Shown: positions 1 to 9,887, counted from the first letter of the stretch. The stretch is 64,000 nt of DNA from Puniceicoccaceae bacterium (GCA_040224245.1 JBEGIR010000018.1:6378-70377); one strand, 5' to 3'. Translations and numbers: made by a program. Notes: generated by a model from the sequence alone, not told the origin.

Positions 1-1699
1 GCATCAGCCCTGAAATCGTCGGCACATCCTCAAGGATCATTTGGTTCATCTGTCGGTACAAGGCGGTGCGTTCGGGTCCGGGCAACAGGGTCTTGGTTTT
101 GCGGAACAACTCGTTGTACTCCGGGTTGTCGTAGTTCGCGGAGTTGGATCCAGGACTCTTGTTGGGTCCGTAGAAAAGTTGCAGTGTGTTTTCACTATCG
201 GGATAGTCGAGTCCCCAGCCCATGCCGATCGTCATCAACTCCTTGCGTTTGAGTGCACGGTTGTAGTCTCCGAACGAGGCATAAGGACTGTAGGTAATCT
301 TCTCACGGGGGTAGCCCATTTTTTCCATCCATCCGCGAAACTGCTCGTAGAACTGCGAATTGATAACGCTGGCAACACCGGAATATTCCAGTACGGGCAG
401 ATTTTCAGCCGTCCAGCCTCCTTCCGCAAGCAGGGCCTTGGCTTTGTCATAATCGGCTTTGATGTAGTGATCGGGCAGATCCGGATCGTGTGCATCGAGT
501 CCGGGCGGAATGACTCCGGGAAAGATTTCGCCGACGTCGTTATAGAAGCGACGATTGCGCTGATCCCAGTCGTAAGCGGCGCGGATCGCCTGGCGCAGCA
601 AGTGGTTGCGGCGGTTTTGCTCAGGATCGGGGTGGTTGCCGATGCGCGGATCCTCCATGTTGAAACTGAAGTAGACAAATCCAAAATCAGGCATGTTCAT
701 GCCAGTGAACTTTTTCGCATACTCGGGACGGAGCTTGAGTGGCTTGAGTTCCTCGGCGACCATGTGCGTGAGTTCCACTGGAATCGAGCCGAACTGAATC
801 TCGGTCCCCTTATTCAAAGAGTTCCAGCGCGTCATGGTTTCCTTCATGAAATACACCTCAACGTTTTCGGAAATTGGAATGCGCTTGCCCTGCAGCTTTT
901 CGAGGTTGGCCCAGGCCTGGGTTTCCGGATCATAGCCCTCGTACTCCAGATCAAAAAATTCCTCACGAAAATTCGAGTTGCGGCGAAGCACCGCTTTTTT
1001 CGTGTTGAACGAAACCAGCTGATACGGACCACTGCCAACGGGATTGATGCCAAACTCCTTTCCATAGTGCTCAACAGCCTCCCTGGGAACAAAGGAAGAG
1101 TAACCCATGGCGAGTGTATAGGTCAGCTGCGGGTAGGGTTGATTGAGCGTGATCTGAATCGTATAGGGATCCAGCGCGCGCAGGCCCTCAATGTCCTGGG
1201 AGTAATCCGAGCCTGCATCCTTCCACTCATCCAGCCCCTTGATTTTCCCCTGCCACAACCATTCTCCCTGCGGCAGATTTGCCGGATCAAACATGCGTTT
1301 CATCGCGTAGATGAAGTCCTGCACAACCACCTCACGCCCCTTTCCACCGGGAAAACAGGCATTGTCACTGTAACGCACGCCTTGCTTGATGCGGATCGTA
1401 TACACCAGCCCATCTTCACTGACCTCGGGCATCGCGGCAGCGAGCCTGGGTTTCAATTCGTAGGGTCGCGCGAGGTATTTGTATTCGTAGAGTTGATCAA
1501 AAATCGACGTCACCATCAGGTTGCCATACTGGGTGGCAGCCTGCACCGGATCCATACTGACGGGAGCACCATTGTCCGAGAATCGAAAAACCGAAAGATC
1601 CTGTGCCCGATCACTGAATGGTTTTTGACAACCCGCCACCAGGAGCAGAAAACCCACTCCCACCAGAACTCCCAAGACCTTCTTCAAACTCTTCATCAT
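1..1699 (-). CDS. ABC transporter substrate-binding lipoprotein, family 5 (Opp/Dpp peptide type); C-terminus runs off the window
   Basis: Minus-strand frame stays open to the window edge, so it is absent from the ORF track (no stop in window). Hand translation from ATG (1697-1699) gives MMKSLKKVLGVLVGVGFLLLVAGCQKPF (lipobox LVAGC). It continues ...DPVQAATQYGNLMVTSIFDQLYEYKY... and ...LRALDPYTIQITLNQPYPQLTYTLAMGYSSFVPREAVE..., typical of family-5 SBPs. The 623-aa plus ORF 41..1912 is its antisense shadow. Confidence 0.8.
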   Translation of the reverse strand, partial: MMKSLKKVLGVLVGVGFLLLVAGCQKPFSDRAQDLSVFRFSDNGAPVSMDPVQAATQYGNLMVTSIFDQLYEYKYLARPYELKPRLAAAMPEVSEDGLVYTIRIKQGVRYSDNACFPGGKGREVVVQDFIYAMKRMFDPANLPQGEWLWQGKIKGLDEWKDAGSDYSQDIEGLRALDPYTIQITLNQPYPQLTYTLAMGYSSFVPREAVEHYGKEFGINPVGSGPYQLVSFNTKKAVLRRNSNFREEFFDLEYEGYDPETQAWANLEKLQGKRIPISENVEVYFMKETMTRWNSLNKGTEIQFGSIPVELTHMVAEELKPLKLRPEYAKKFTGMNMPDFGFVYFSFNMEDPRIGNHPDPEQNRRNHLLRQAIRAAYDWDQRNRRFYNDVGEIFPGVIPPGLDAHDPDLPDHYIKADYDKAKALLAEGGWTAENLPVLEYSGVASVINSQFYEQFRGWMEKMGYPREKITYSPYASFGDYNRALKRKELMTIGMGWGLDYPDSENTLQLFYGPNKSPGSNSANYDNPEYNELFRKTKTLLPGPERTALYRQMNQMILEDVPTISGLM

Positions 1700-1770
1700 A
1701 CGGTTCTCAACAAACATCTCGATGGCATGCAACCTCATCCGTATCCGGTAGCAATTTCGATGACAGTTTT

Positions 1771-1818
1771 AAAAAAGTACGAAAAAGCCACGTTTGCGAA
1801 GCAAAATCGACTTCGTAC
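1771..1818 (-). terminator. Putative intrinsic terminator after the pyrR-pyrB-pyrC' operon
   Basis: On the minus strand: GTACGAA (1818-1812), a 28-nt loop containing an inner GAAG/CTTC pair, TTCGTAC (1783-1777), then TTTTTT (1776-1771). It lies about 80 nt downstream of the pyrC' stop. Confidence 0.4.
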
Positions 1819-1896
1819 GTCTGGGGCATGCTGCGATGGACAGAACACTTCAACCGTCAAAACCCGGGTTCTGTGCCCTGTCCGACCCTATCATAC

Positions 1897-3195
1897 TCAA
1901 ATTTCGGAATAAACAAGTTTTCCCCGGTGAATTGTCACCTTGTTGCGTCCTTTGAGCGTTCTGCCGAGGAATGGAGAATTCTTGGACTTACTGGCAAATC
2001 CATGCCTGTCCACCACCCACGTTTCCTGGGGGTCAAAAACCAGACAATCGGCCACATTTCCGGCGGTCATTGCCTTGCTCGCAAATCCGAGTATGCGGTC
2101 GGGTGCTGCGGACATGAGCTCCATGATGCGCATCAGTGAAAATCCCTCCTTGTGATGCAGCTCCGTCAGCGTAACCGCAAGTGAAGTTTCCAAACCAATC
2201 ACTCCAAACGGAGCATAGTCAAACTCCACATCCTTGTCGTCGTCAGCATGCGGGGCATGATCGCAGGCGATGCAATCAATCACACCCTGTTTGAGTGCCT
2301 GCAGGATGCGCTGGCGGTTCTCTTCACTGCGCAAGGGCGGATTCATCTTGTAGCAGGTTTCATAGTTCTGCAGCACCGCATCCGTGAGGGTAAAATGGTG
2401 GGGCGTCACTTCACAGGTAATCGGAACTCCCCTGCTGCGAACCCGCTCGATGATGTCGATCGCGGAACCTGAAGAGATGTTTTGCAAGTGAACAGGTGCG
2501 CCCGTCTTTTCCGACAGGATGGCATCCCGAGCGACCATCAGATCCTCCGCCTCGTGAGGCCACCCACGCAATCCCAGCTTGAACGACCAGTCCCCTTCGT
2601 TCATGACCGCATTTTCAGTCAGCGAGTAGTCCTGACAATGGGTGAGGATGCACATGTCGATCATGCGGGCGTACTCCATCGCCCGACACATCACTTCATT
2701 GTTCTGCACACACTTTCCCCCATCGGAAATGGCAACTGCCCCCGCCCGCTTAAGCGATCCCATCGGTGCCAGACTCTGCCCCTCTGAACCCATGGTAATG
2801 CAGCCAGTTGGGAACACTTCAATACACGCTCCTCGCTCAATCGCATCGTGGATCAGTCGAAGATTTCCCGGATTGTCGCAGGGAGGTTTGGTATTGGGCA
2901 TGCACACCAAACGGGTGAACCCACCCTTGGCCCCCGCCTGGGAACCGGTTTCAATGGTTTCCTTGTGTGTCTCGCCCGGTTCCCGAAGATGCGACTGCAG
3001 TTCGGTCAGTCCCGGGGCCACCACCATGCCAGTGGCATCGATCTTGTGCGCATGGGAGAAAAACCCTTCCTCCGGAGACTCCACATACACCCCGTTTTCA
3101 ATGAACACATCACGCTGCGCTTCCTTACCAGTGTAGGGGTCGACCACCGTGCCGGCGTGAATCCAGATTGCGCTTGGAGTTGGGTAGGTATCCAT
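1897..3195 (-). CDS. pyrC: Dihydroorotase-family protein, probably the non-catalytic PyrC' type
   Basis: Matches type-I DHOases along its full length (...HLREPGETHKETIETGSQAGAKGGFTRLVCMPNTKPP..., THCQD, CDHAPH). The first His of the HxH motif is Gln (ELQSHLREPG), and the later H-x-x-H-V-S-T motif reads VHLQNISS. The ORF-track start at 3201 is TTG; the first ATG is at 3195. Confidence 0.85.
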   Translation of the reverse strand: MDTYPTPSAIWIHAGTVVDPYTGKEAQRDVFIENGVYVESPEEGFFSHAHKIDATGMVVAPGLTELQSHLREPGETHKETIETGSQAGAKGGFTRLVCMPNTKPPCDNPGNLRLIHDAIERGACIEVFPTGCITMGSEGQSLAPMGSLKRAGAVAISDGGKCVQNNEVMCRAMEYARMIDMCILTHCQDYSLTENAVMNEGDWSFKLGLRGWPHEAEDLMVARDAILSEKTGAPVHLQNISSGSAIDIIERVRSRGVPITCEVTPHHFTLTDAVLQNYETCYKMNPPLRSEENRQRILQALKQGVIDCIACDHAPHADDDKDVEFDYAPFGVIGLETSLAVTLTELHHKEGFSLMRIMELMSAAPDRILGFASKAMTAGNVADCLVFDPQETWVVDRHGFASKSKNSPFLGRTLKGRNKVTIHRGKLVYSEI

Positions 3196-3217
3196 GATCA
3201 AGATGCAGCAGAGAAAA

Positions 3218-4198
3218 TCAATGAGGGAGCGGTTCGGGCATGCCTCCGTGTTCGCGCTCAGCGGCGGCCATGCACAGGTAGATCACCGCCATGCGAACCG
3301 CGATGCCATTGGTCACTTGTTCCAAAATCACCGACCGCCCCGAGTCAGCGAGATCCGAATCAATTTCCACGCCGCGGTTGATGGGTCCGGGGTGCATGAT
3401 CAACGCCTCCGGCTTGAGCCAGTTCATCCGGTTCTTGTTCAGTCCGAACAGTGCGGTGTATTCTCCCAAGCTCGGAAAATGCGTCGATGTCTGTCGCTCG
3501 TGCTGGATGCGCAGCAGCATCACAACATCGGCATCAGTCACAGATGTCCGAAGGTCGTGACAGACCTCCACGCCCAGGCTGCGAAATCGCTCGGGAACCA
3601 GCGTCGATGGCCCCGCCAGGGTCACTTTGGCACCCAACTTGTTCAACGCCCAGATATTGGAACGCGCCACCCTGCTGAACAGGATGTCCCCCAGAATGGT
3701 AACACGCTTGTCCTTCAAATCTCCCAAATGCTCAATCATGGTGAATACATCGAGCAATGCCTGCGTGGGATGTTCATGGGCTCCATCTCCCGCGTTCAGG
3801 ATGGGGATATCCACGACATTGGAAAGATACTGGTGCGCTCCAGCGGCCGAATGACGCATGATGATCATGTCCGCAGAAAGTGCTTCAATGTTGAGCGCCG
3901 TATCTTTGAGCGTCTCCCCCTTCACCCGGCTGCTCGTGGAACCCTGGACCGTGACCACATCCGCGCTCAAACGCTTCGCCGCAACTTCAAATGCTACGCG
4001 GGTGCGCGTGCTGGGTTCGAGAAAGAGATTGACGATGGTTTTTCCACGCAGCGCAGGCACCTTCTTCCGACTGCGCGAAATCGTCTCCTTGAATGAGCGC
4101 GCCGTCGACAAAATGATATCCATCTCATCCCTCGACAGATCTTCAAGTCCGAGCAGGTGTTTTCGTGTCCAATTTCCTACCGCATCCATGCCTTGCAT
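3218..4198 (-). CDS. pyrB: Aspartate carbamoyltransferase catalytic subunit
   Basis: Carries LEPSTRTRVAFEVAAKRL (STRTR carbamoyl-phosphate motif), HEHPTQALLD and HPGPINRG. It sits between pyrR and the DHOase-like gene. Confidence 0.95.
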   Translation of the reverse strand: MQGMDAVGNWTRKHLLGLEDLSRDEMDIILSTARSFKETISRSRKKVPALRGKTIVNLFLEPSTRTRVAFEVAAKRLSADVVTVQGSTSSRVKGETLKDTALNIEALSADMIIMRHSAAGAHQYLSNVVDIPILNAGDGAHEHPTQALLDVFTMIEHLGDLKDKRVTILGDILFSRVARSNIWALNKLGAKVTLAGPSTLVPERFRSLGVEVCHDLRTSVTDADVVMLLRIQHERQTSTHFPSLGEYTALFGLNKNRMNWLKPEALIMHPGPINRGVEIDSDLADSGRSVILEQVTNGIAVRMAVIYLCMAAAEREHGGMPEPLPH

Positions 4199-4202
4199 CC
4201 CT

Positions 4203-4766
4203 TCACGTATTCAAAACCCCGACCTCATTGCCCTGCTGGGTCGACTGAACCCATATCCGGTTGCCATGGGCGTCATCCGGATCGATCACGACATGCAATT
4301 TGCGCGTTTCATCCATATCGAAGCTGATGGCCGCATAGTCTGGCTGGATGGGCACCACGCGATGGCCCCGATCCACCAAGGTGAGCAGTCGCACCCGTTT
4401 GGGACGGCCATGTTCAAACAATTCATCCAGTGCTGCCCGAATGGTCCGCCCAGAGTGGATCACATCATCAACCAGGATCACCGAGCGATGGTGTACTTCG
4501 TCAGGCAGGCGCGTGGGTTCCTTCGGTCGGGTAATCGGTCGGCTTCCAATATCATCGCGGTGAAAGCTCACATTCAACTCACCCATGGGGAGTTGCAATC
4601 CCGTTGCCGTTGCAAAGCGTCGCTGCAATTCCCCAGCCAGGGCAATGCCACCGTTGGCAATGCCAATGAGCAGCCACGATTCTCCATCGGTCACCATGCC
4701 TTGCATGTAGTCAACCAGAGAATCGATAGCACGATTTACGTCTTCCGGGACACGAATGATCTCCAT
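4203..4766 (-). CDS. pyrR: Bifunctional pyr operon regulator / uracil phosphoribosyltransferase PyrR
   Basis: 187 aa with the PRTase motif VILVDDVIHSGRTIRAAL. Its stop lies 4 nt upstream of the pyrB start. Confidence 0.9.
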   Translation of the reverse strand: MEIIRVPEDVNRAIDSLVDYMQGMVTDGESWLLIGIANGGIALAGELQRRFATATGLQLPMGELNVSFHRDDIGSRPITRPKEPTRLPDEVHHRSVILVDDVIHSGRTIRAALDELFEHGRPKRVRLLTLVDRGHRVVPIQPDYAAISFDMDETRKLHVVIDPDDAHGNRIWVQSTQQGNEVGVLNT

Positions 4767-4877
4767 TTTTGAGTCGTTGAGGTGGTTCCAAAATCACCAT
4801 TTCGGCGGCTTTCGCTTAGCGGTTGACCATCCTCCATAAAGTGCCAACATGCAACACAATTCTAACCGACCGACACC

Positions 4878-5945
4878 GTGCTTCCCGTCCAAATTCATGA
4901 TGTTACCAAGCGATTTGGTGAAACGCTTGCACTCAAAAACGTGTGCCTCAAGATCGAGGCAGGCGAACTCTTTTTCCTGCTCGGACCGAGTGGCTGCGGC
5001 AAAACCACGCTATTGCGAAGCATCGCAGGGTTTTACATTCCCGAAGCGGGATCGATTCACTTTGGATCGAGCAACGTTACCCAGCTCCCTCCCCACAAAC
5101 GGGAGACGGGCATGATGTTTCAGAGCTATGCGCTTTGGCCACACATGACGATTTTTCAGAATGTCGCCTTTGGTCTGGAACAGCGCAACGTATCCAAGGC
5201 AGAAATCCAAACCCGCGTGAAGGATGCCCTCGCCATGGTCCAGATGGAAGATTATGCGGAACGCAAGCCCAACCAACTCTCAGGCGGACAACAACAGCGC
5301 GTAGCGCTCGCCCGTGCACTCGTGGTGCGTCCCAAGTGTCTGCTGCTCGATGAACCACTCTCCAACCTCGATGCCAAACTGCGCAACGAGATGCGCACAG
5401 AGATACGCGATATCTGCAAACGCCACCAGCTCACCACCGTTTATGTGACCCACGACCAGAAGGAAGCTCTCTCCATCGCCGACCGCATGGCCGTGATGGA
5501 CAAGGGTGAAATCATCCAGATTGGTGCTCCGCTCGAGGTTTACAAACGCCCACAAAACGCCTTTGTCTCCACCTTCATCGGCGAATCAAACATCCTGGAG
5601 GGCACGGTGCTGCGAACCGCTGTGGGTGAGGCCATCGTGGAATGCAGCCTCGGTACACTCTGCGGGGCACTGGCAGATCCGAACCGTCCCCCCGCACCAG
5701 GGGCTCGCGTTTTTCTGTCCATTCGCCCCGAAACCATCCACCTCGAAAATGAGTCCTGCGAAGAAAACGGGTTTCGCGGTGAAGTGAAGGAAGCGGTTTA
5801 TTACGGAGAAGTTGCCCACTACGTCATGGAATGTGCAGGAGTGCGCATCAAAATCTCCGAACTCAACCCCCGCTTTGCCCGACTGAGCAAGGGGTCCCAT
5901 TTTGCCTGGGCCGATTCCGAAGACATTGTGGTGCTCAACGACTGA
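4878..5945 (+). CDS. ABC transporter ATP-binding protein (PotA/FbpC-like, with C-terminal TOBE-type domain)
   Basis: Walker A GPSGCGKTTLLR, signature LSGGQQQRVALARAL, Walker B LLLDEPLSNLD. GTG start. Confidence 0.9.
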   Translation: MLPVQIHDVTKRFGETLALKNVCLKIEAGELFFLLGPSGCGKTTLLRSIAGFYIPEAGSIHFGSSNVTQLPPHKRETGMMFQSYALWPHMTIFQNVAFGLEQRNVSKAEIQTRVKDALAMVQMEDYAERKPNQLSGGQQQRVALARALVVRPKCLLLDEPLSNLDAKLRNEMRTEIRDICKRHQLTTVYVTHDQKEALSIADRMAVMDKGEIIQIGAPLEVYKRPQNAFVSTFIGESNILEGTVLRTAVGEAIVECSLGTLCGALADPNRPPAPGARVFLSIRPETIHLENESCEENGFRGEVKEAVYYGEVAHYVMECAGVRIKISELNPRFARLSKGSHFAWADSEDIVVLND

Positions 5946-5971
5946 GATTATCCAACCCGCACCAAGGTTCC

Positions 5972-7597
5972 ATGAAAAACCTTCCCATTCTGCTTGCCAT
6001 CACCATCGTGATCGCTCTGCCCTTTCTGTTGCGTAAGCAAAACCAGACGGTCGTTCGCTCAGATGACACGCTCATCGTGATCACACCTCACGACGAGGGC
6101 ATTCGCCACGAATTTGAGGTCGCCTTTGCCGCGCATTACCTCGAAACAACCGGGCGAACAATCGACATCGACTGGCGGGTGATCGGGGGCACGAGCGAAA
6201 TCATTCGCTACATCCAGTCCACCTACACCAACAATTTCCGAAACTACTGGGAAAACGAACTTGGAAAACCATGGAATGCCGAGGTTCAGAACAGCTTCAT
6301 GAACCGCCGGATCACGCTGGATGACAGCCCTCAGGATGACACTCCTGCAGAAGCTGCCAAGCGGGCGTTTCTGAATTCCAATGTGACCTGTGGCATCGAC
6401 ATCCTCTTCGGAGGAGGAAGTTATGATTTCATTCAGCAAGCCGCTGCGGGAACCCTGGTTCCATTTGCATCTCCCGAAGCACTGGCAACCATGCTGCCTA
6501 AATCCTCCGTTCCTCTCCGCTTTGCAGGAGAACCGTTCTACGACAAACAGGCACTCTGGGCAGGCGCCGTGCTCTCCCAGTTTGGCATTATCTACAATCT
6601 GCATTCGTTGCAGCGCCTGGATATCCCAACCATTCCTTCAAGCTGGGAAGATCTTACGGACCCACGATACCTCGGCGAACTCGCCATCTCCGATCCCATT
6701 CAAAGCGGTTCCTCAACCAAGGCGTTCGAGATGATCGTGCAGGAACAAATGCTCCGTCGCGTGCAACAGGCTGGCGCGGAACTGAGCGAGCAGGAAACAC
6801 TGCGGGAGGTGAAGGCAGGCTGGGATCAGTCCATGCAGGTGATTCAGCGCATCTGTGCCAATGCACGCTACTTCACCGACTCATCCAAAAAACCTTCGAT
6901 CGACGTCTCAGCTGGTGAGTGTGCAGCTGGCATGAGCATTGATTTCTATGGGCGATTTCAGGCAGAGACCCTTCAAAACCGAACCGGCTCGGACCGCTTC
7001 TCCTACATCACTCCCGTGGGCGGCTCCACGGTTTCGGTCGATCCCATCGCCTTGCTGAGGGGCGCCCCTCATGCTGAAATGGCAACTCTGTTCATTCAGT
7101 TCGTTCTGTCCGAACAGGGTCAGAAGCTATGGAACTGGAAACCGGGAACTCCTGATGGACCTGAAACCTATGCGCTTCGACGCAGTCCCATGCTGCGACA
7201 GCTCTACGATGCGAAGTATGCAGACGTGCGATCCGATCCCCATATCAACCCCTACTCCGAAGCAGGTTCCTTTGTGTATCACCCGGAGTGGACAGGTCGC
7301 CTCTTCAGCCCCTTGCGCTTCATCATCAAGACCGCCTTCATCGATCCTCATCAGGAACTATCCGAGGCATGGGCCGCCATCCAAAGCGCGCGCCAACAGG
7401 GCCGTCTAGATGATGCCAACCGCGCACTCGCCGTGTTTTCCGAGTTGGACAAGATTCACTACGAGCAGGCAGCCACACACATTGGATCTATTTTGAACAA
7501 GCGAACCAAAATTGAAGAGGTGCAACTCGCGCGCACATTAACCCTGCATTTCCGGGACCAGTATCAGCGCGCCACTCAAATCGCCAATGGTCAGTAA
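5972..7597 (+). CDS. Extracellular solute-binding protein (family 1, Fe3+/polyamine-like) with N-terminal membrane anchor
   Basis: Re-called from ATG 5972 (MKNLPILLAITIVIALPFLLRK...), 27 nt after the ATPase stop. The track's 5831 start overlaps the ATPase gene. SBP-like sequence throughout (...DILFGGGSYDF..., ...ISDPIQSGSSTKAFEMI...). Confidence 0.75.
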   Translation: MKNLPILLAITIVIALPFLLRKQNQTVVRSDDTLIVITPHDEGIRHEFEVAFAAHYLETTGRTIDIDWRVIGGTSEIIRYIQSTYTNNFRNYWENELGKPWNAEVQNSFMNRRITLDDSPQDDTPAEAAKRAFLNSNVTCGIDILFGGGSYDFIQQAAAGTLVPFASPEALATMLPKSSVPLRFAGEPFYDKQALWAGAVLSQFGIIYNLHSLQRLDIPTIPSSWEDLTDPRYLGELAISDPIQSGSSTKAFEMIVQEQMLRRVQQAGAELSEQETLREVKAGWDQSMQVIQRICANARYFTDSSKKPSIDVSAGECAAGMSIDFYGRFQAETLQNRTGSDRFSYITPVGGSTVSVDPIALLRGAPHAEMATLFIQFVLSEQGQKLWNWKPGTPDGPETYALRRSPMLRQLYDAKYADVRSDPHINPYSEAGSFVYHPEWTGRLFSPLRFIIKTAFIDPHQELSEAWAAIQSARQQGRLDDANRALAVFSELDKIHYEQAATHIGSILNKRTKIEEVQLARTLTLHFRDQYQRATQIANGQ

Positions 7598-7745
7598 GGC
7601 CATCCCGGGCAAGGCCAGGGAAGCATAAGGAACAGCCATATCCTCCATACACTGATTGCAAAGACGCTACTTCTGACAAACTGTCACTGAACCAGCCTTG
7701 TTTCTTGCCGAATATCAGGGAGACATTCATTGAATCAATTCCACG

Positions 7746-8348
7746 ATGGCATTCATCACTCCATTTCGTATGATGCTCAGCATCTGGATTCTTCTGGTCA
7801 CAGGAGGATTTGCCATGGTGCTTCGCTACCAGATGAACCCGGGTGCCATGGGCATTCCGGATTCTGAAGTCTCGCAGGCAATCAACGGACCTACACAGGA
7901 TTCAAACTCATGGAAGCTGCAGGTATTCCTTCATCCCGAGTGCACTTGCTCGAGAGCCTCCCTGGAAGAACTCACCCGCCTCGAGCGCGATCTCGGTGCT
8001 CACATGGAGGTTGCCATCTACATCAGTACACGGTTGCCTCGCGAGCAGACCCTGCAATCTACACTCTACCAGAAGGCAATGCGCAATGCGAACTGGACCG
8101 TCAAACTGGACCTCGAAGCCCAAATTGCATCTGCAATGGAAGCATACACTTCAGGAGCGTGTTTTTTATACGATCCAAACGGTCAACTTGCGTTTGCTGG
8201 CGGCGTGACCGCTTCTCGCGGACATGAGGGTCCCTCAGCCGGGCAGGTAGCGATCCGCAATGCCATTCTATCATCGAGCACGCCTTCAACTCTGGCCCAA
8301 ACACCCGTGTACGGATGCGAAATCCTCGATGCAAATGCATCAATCTGA
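7746..8348 (+). CDS. Membrane-anchored thioredoxin-fold-like protein with CxC motif
   Basis: N-terminal TM helix (MMLSIWILLVTGGFAMVL), then LQVFLHPECTCSRASLEEL, SRGHEGPSAGQ and a C-terminal PVYGCEI. It resembles TlpA/thioredoxin-like redox proteins. The family assignment comes from memory of motifs only. Confidence 0.55.
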   Translation: MAFITPFRMMLSIWILLVTGGFAMVLRYQMNPGAMGIPDSEVSQAINGPTQDSNSWKLQVFLHPECTCSRASLEELTRLERDLGAHMEVAIYISTRLPREQTLQSTLYQKAMRNANWTVKLDLEAQIASAMEAYTSGACFLYDPNGQLAFAGGVTASRGHEGPSAGQVAIRNAILSSSTPSTLAQTPVYGCEILDANASI

Positions 8349-8378
8349 ATACTGATTTCCCCTTTTCTTCTTTCCACC

Positions 8379-9887
8379 ATGAACTACGAACGCACTTTCC
8401 AGATTTTCAACCACATCCAGATCGAAACTGCCAAGCGAGTCAGTCGCGTTATGGGCTACCTCTTGCTGTTCCAATGGGTTGTTCTTATTCTGGTGGCACT
8501 GGCATACACGCCACTGACCTGGGTAGGCAGTGCATCCAAACCCCACATGCACGTATATCTGTCCATTCTGCTCGGTGGACTGGTCACACTTTTTCCGACC
8601 TATCTGGCATTCTTTCATGCCGAGCGATATGCGACCCGACTTGTAGTTGCCGCTGGTCAGTTGCTGGTCTCGTCGCTACTCATTCATTTGGTAGGAGGTC
8701 GTATCGAGGGTCACTTTCACATCTTTGCATCGCTGGCGATTCTTTCGATGTACTTGGACTGGCGGGTAATCCTCGTCGCAACACTCGTCACAGGAGCCGA
8801 TCACCTCTTACGCGGATTCTTTTATCCCATGTCAATGTATGGAGTCATGGATGCCAGCATACTGCGCACCCTGGAACACGTTGCTTACGTGGTCTTTGAA
8901 GATGCAGTGCTGATCATCATGATTGCCATGAATCGCAAACAGGCACTGCACAATGCTGCATTTCAGTCCAACGTGGAACTCGAAAAACAACGCCTGAGTG
9001 ACAGCATGCAGGAGGTTGGTGAAAAGACACGCTTCCTCGCCACTGCCATTAACGATCTTCGTGTCTTCTCAAAAGACACCGCAGATAACGCATCTCATAT
9101 GGAACTCGCGAGTTCGGATGTTTCGAAAAATGCAGAGACGCTTTCCGGAGAAATGCTCAACGCAACGAGCGGACTCCATGCTATCAATGACAACACTGCA
9201 ATGATCGCCTCATCCGTTGAAGAAATCAGTGCGTCCATACGCGAAGTTGCACGCAGCTGTTCAGATGCGTCCGAAGTGGCATCCAACGCCAACCAACACA
9301 GTCAGGAGAGTCTGACCATCATTCGAGAGCAGAATCAGAACATCAAGGGCATTTCCGCAATGGCCGATCTCATCACCCAGATCTCGACTCAAACCAATCT
9401 GCTCGCCCTCAATGCCACCATTGAAGCCGCAAGTGCAGGTGAAGCCGGCAAGGGATTTGCCGTGGTCGCAGGTGAAGTTAAGGAACTCGCTCTCAAAAGT
9501 TCGCAGGCAGCCCAGAAGATCAATGAACAAATCGAGCGCATCGTCGCCGACGCAGATCGATCCTTTGCAAGCATGGAATCCATCGGCAGTTCACTCGAGC
9601 AGGTGAATCAGTATACGCATAATATCGCAGCAGCCATCGAAGAACAGTCCAGCACGATTGATGAAGTGAGCAGTCAGATCACCCGGCTTGCACAAGAGTC
9701 AGACTCGGTCTCCCAGCTGGTCAAGCAGTCCGTAGATGAATTCACGGAGATGAAGAATGCGGTCATTGAACTCCAAGAGCGCGTGAGCATCACCTCCGAA
9801 CGAAACAAGGATGCCAGTGCCAATGTGGATTTGCTCTCAGGAGTATCGACCGAACTGGACGGTATCGTCGGACGATTCAAGATCTGA
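8379..9887 (+). CDS. Methyl-accepting chemotaxis protein with about 6-TM His-rich N-terminal domain
   Basis: Highly conserved MCP signalling hairpin [38 protein letters not shown]. The N-terminal ~190 aa are hydrophobic helices with [39 protein letters not shown] and [11 protein letters not shown]. No periplasmic domain or obvious HAMP. Confidence 0.9.
   Translation: MNYERTFQIFNHIQIETAKRVSRVMGYLLLFQWVVLILVALAYTPLTWVGSASKPHMHVYLSILLGGLVTLFPTYLAFFHAERYATRLVVAAGQLLVSSLLIHLVGGRIEGHFHIFASLAILSMYLDWRVILVATLVTGADHLLRGFFYPMSMYGVMDASILRTLEHVAYVVFEDAVLIIMIAMNRKQALHNAAFQSNVELEKQRLSDSMQEVGEKTRFLATAINDLRVFSKDTADNASHMELASSDVSKNAETLSGEMLNATSGLHAINDNTAMIASSVEEISASIREVARSCSDASEVASNANQHSQESLTIIREQNQNIKGISAMADLITQISTQTNLLALNATIEAASAGEAGKGFAVVAGEVKELALKSSQAAQKINEQIERIVADADRSFASMESIGSSLEQVNQYTHNIAAAIEEQSSTIDEVSSQITRLAQESDSVSQLVKQSVDEFTEMKNAVIELQERVSITSERNKDASANVDLLSGVSTELDGIVGRFKI

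Noticed and set aside
41-1912. A 623-aa plus-strand ORF, the longest in the left part of the track.
   Set aside because: The composition is nonsense-like (Val/Arg/Gly/Leu runs with no motifs). It lies exactly antisense to a minus-strand frame that translates into a convincing family-5 solute-binding lipoprotein, so it is an antisense shadow ORF.
4767-4877. A search for a PyrR-binding attenuator loop (UCCAGAGAGG-type) in the pyrR leader.
   Set aside because: No such motif and no terminator/antiterminator pair is visible on the minus strand. The spacer also has to house two divergent promoters.
5831-5971. Track start that extends the binding-protein ORF 141 nt upstream into the ATPase gene.
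   Set aside because: The extension overlaps the ATPase C-terminus in another frame. A clean ATG with a typical anchor helix (MKNLPILLAITIV...) follows the ATPase stop by 27 nt.
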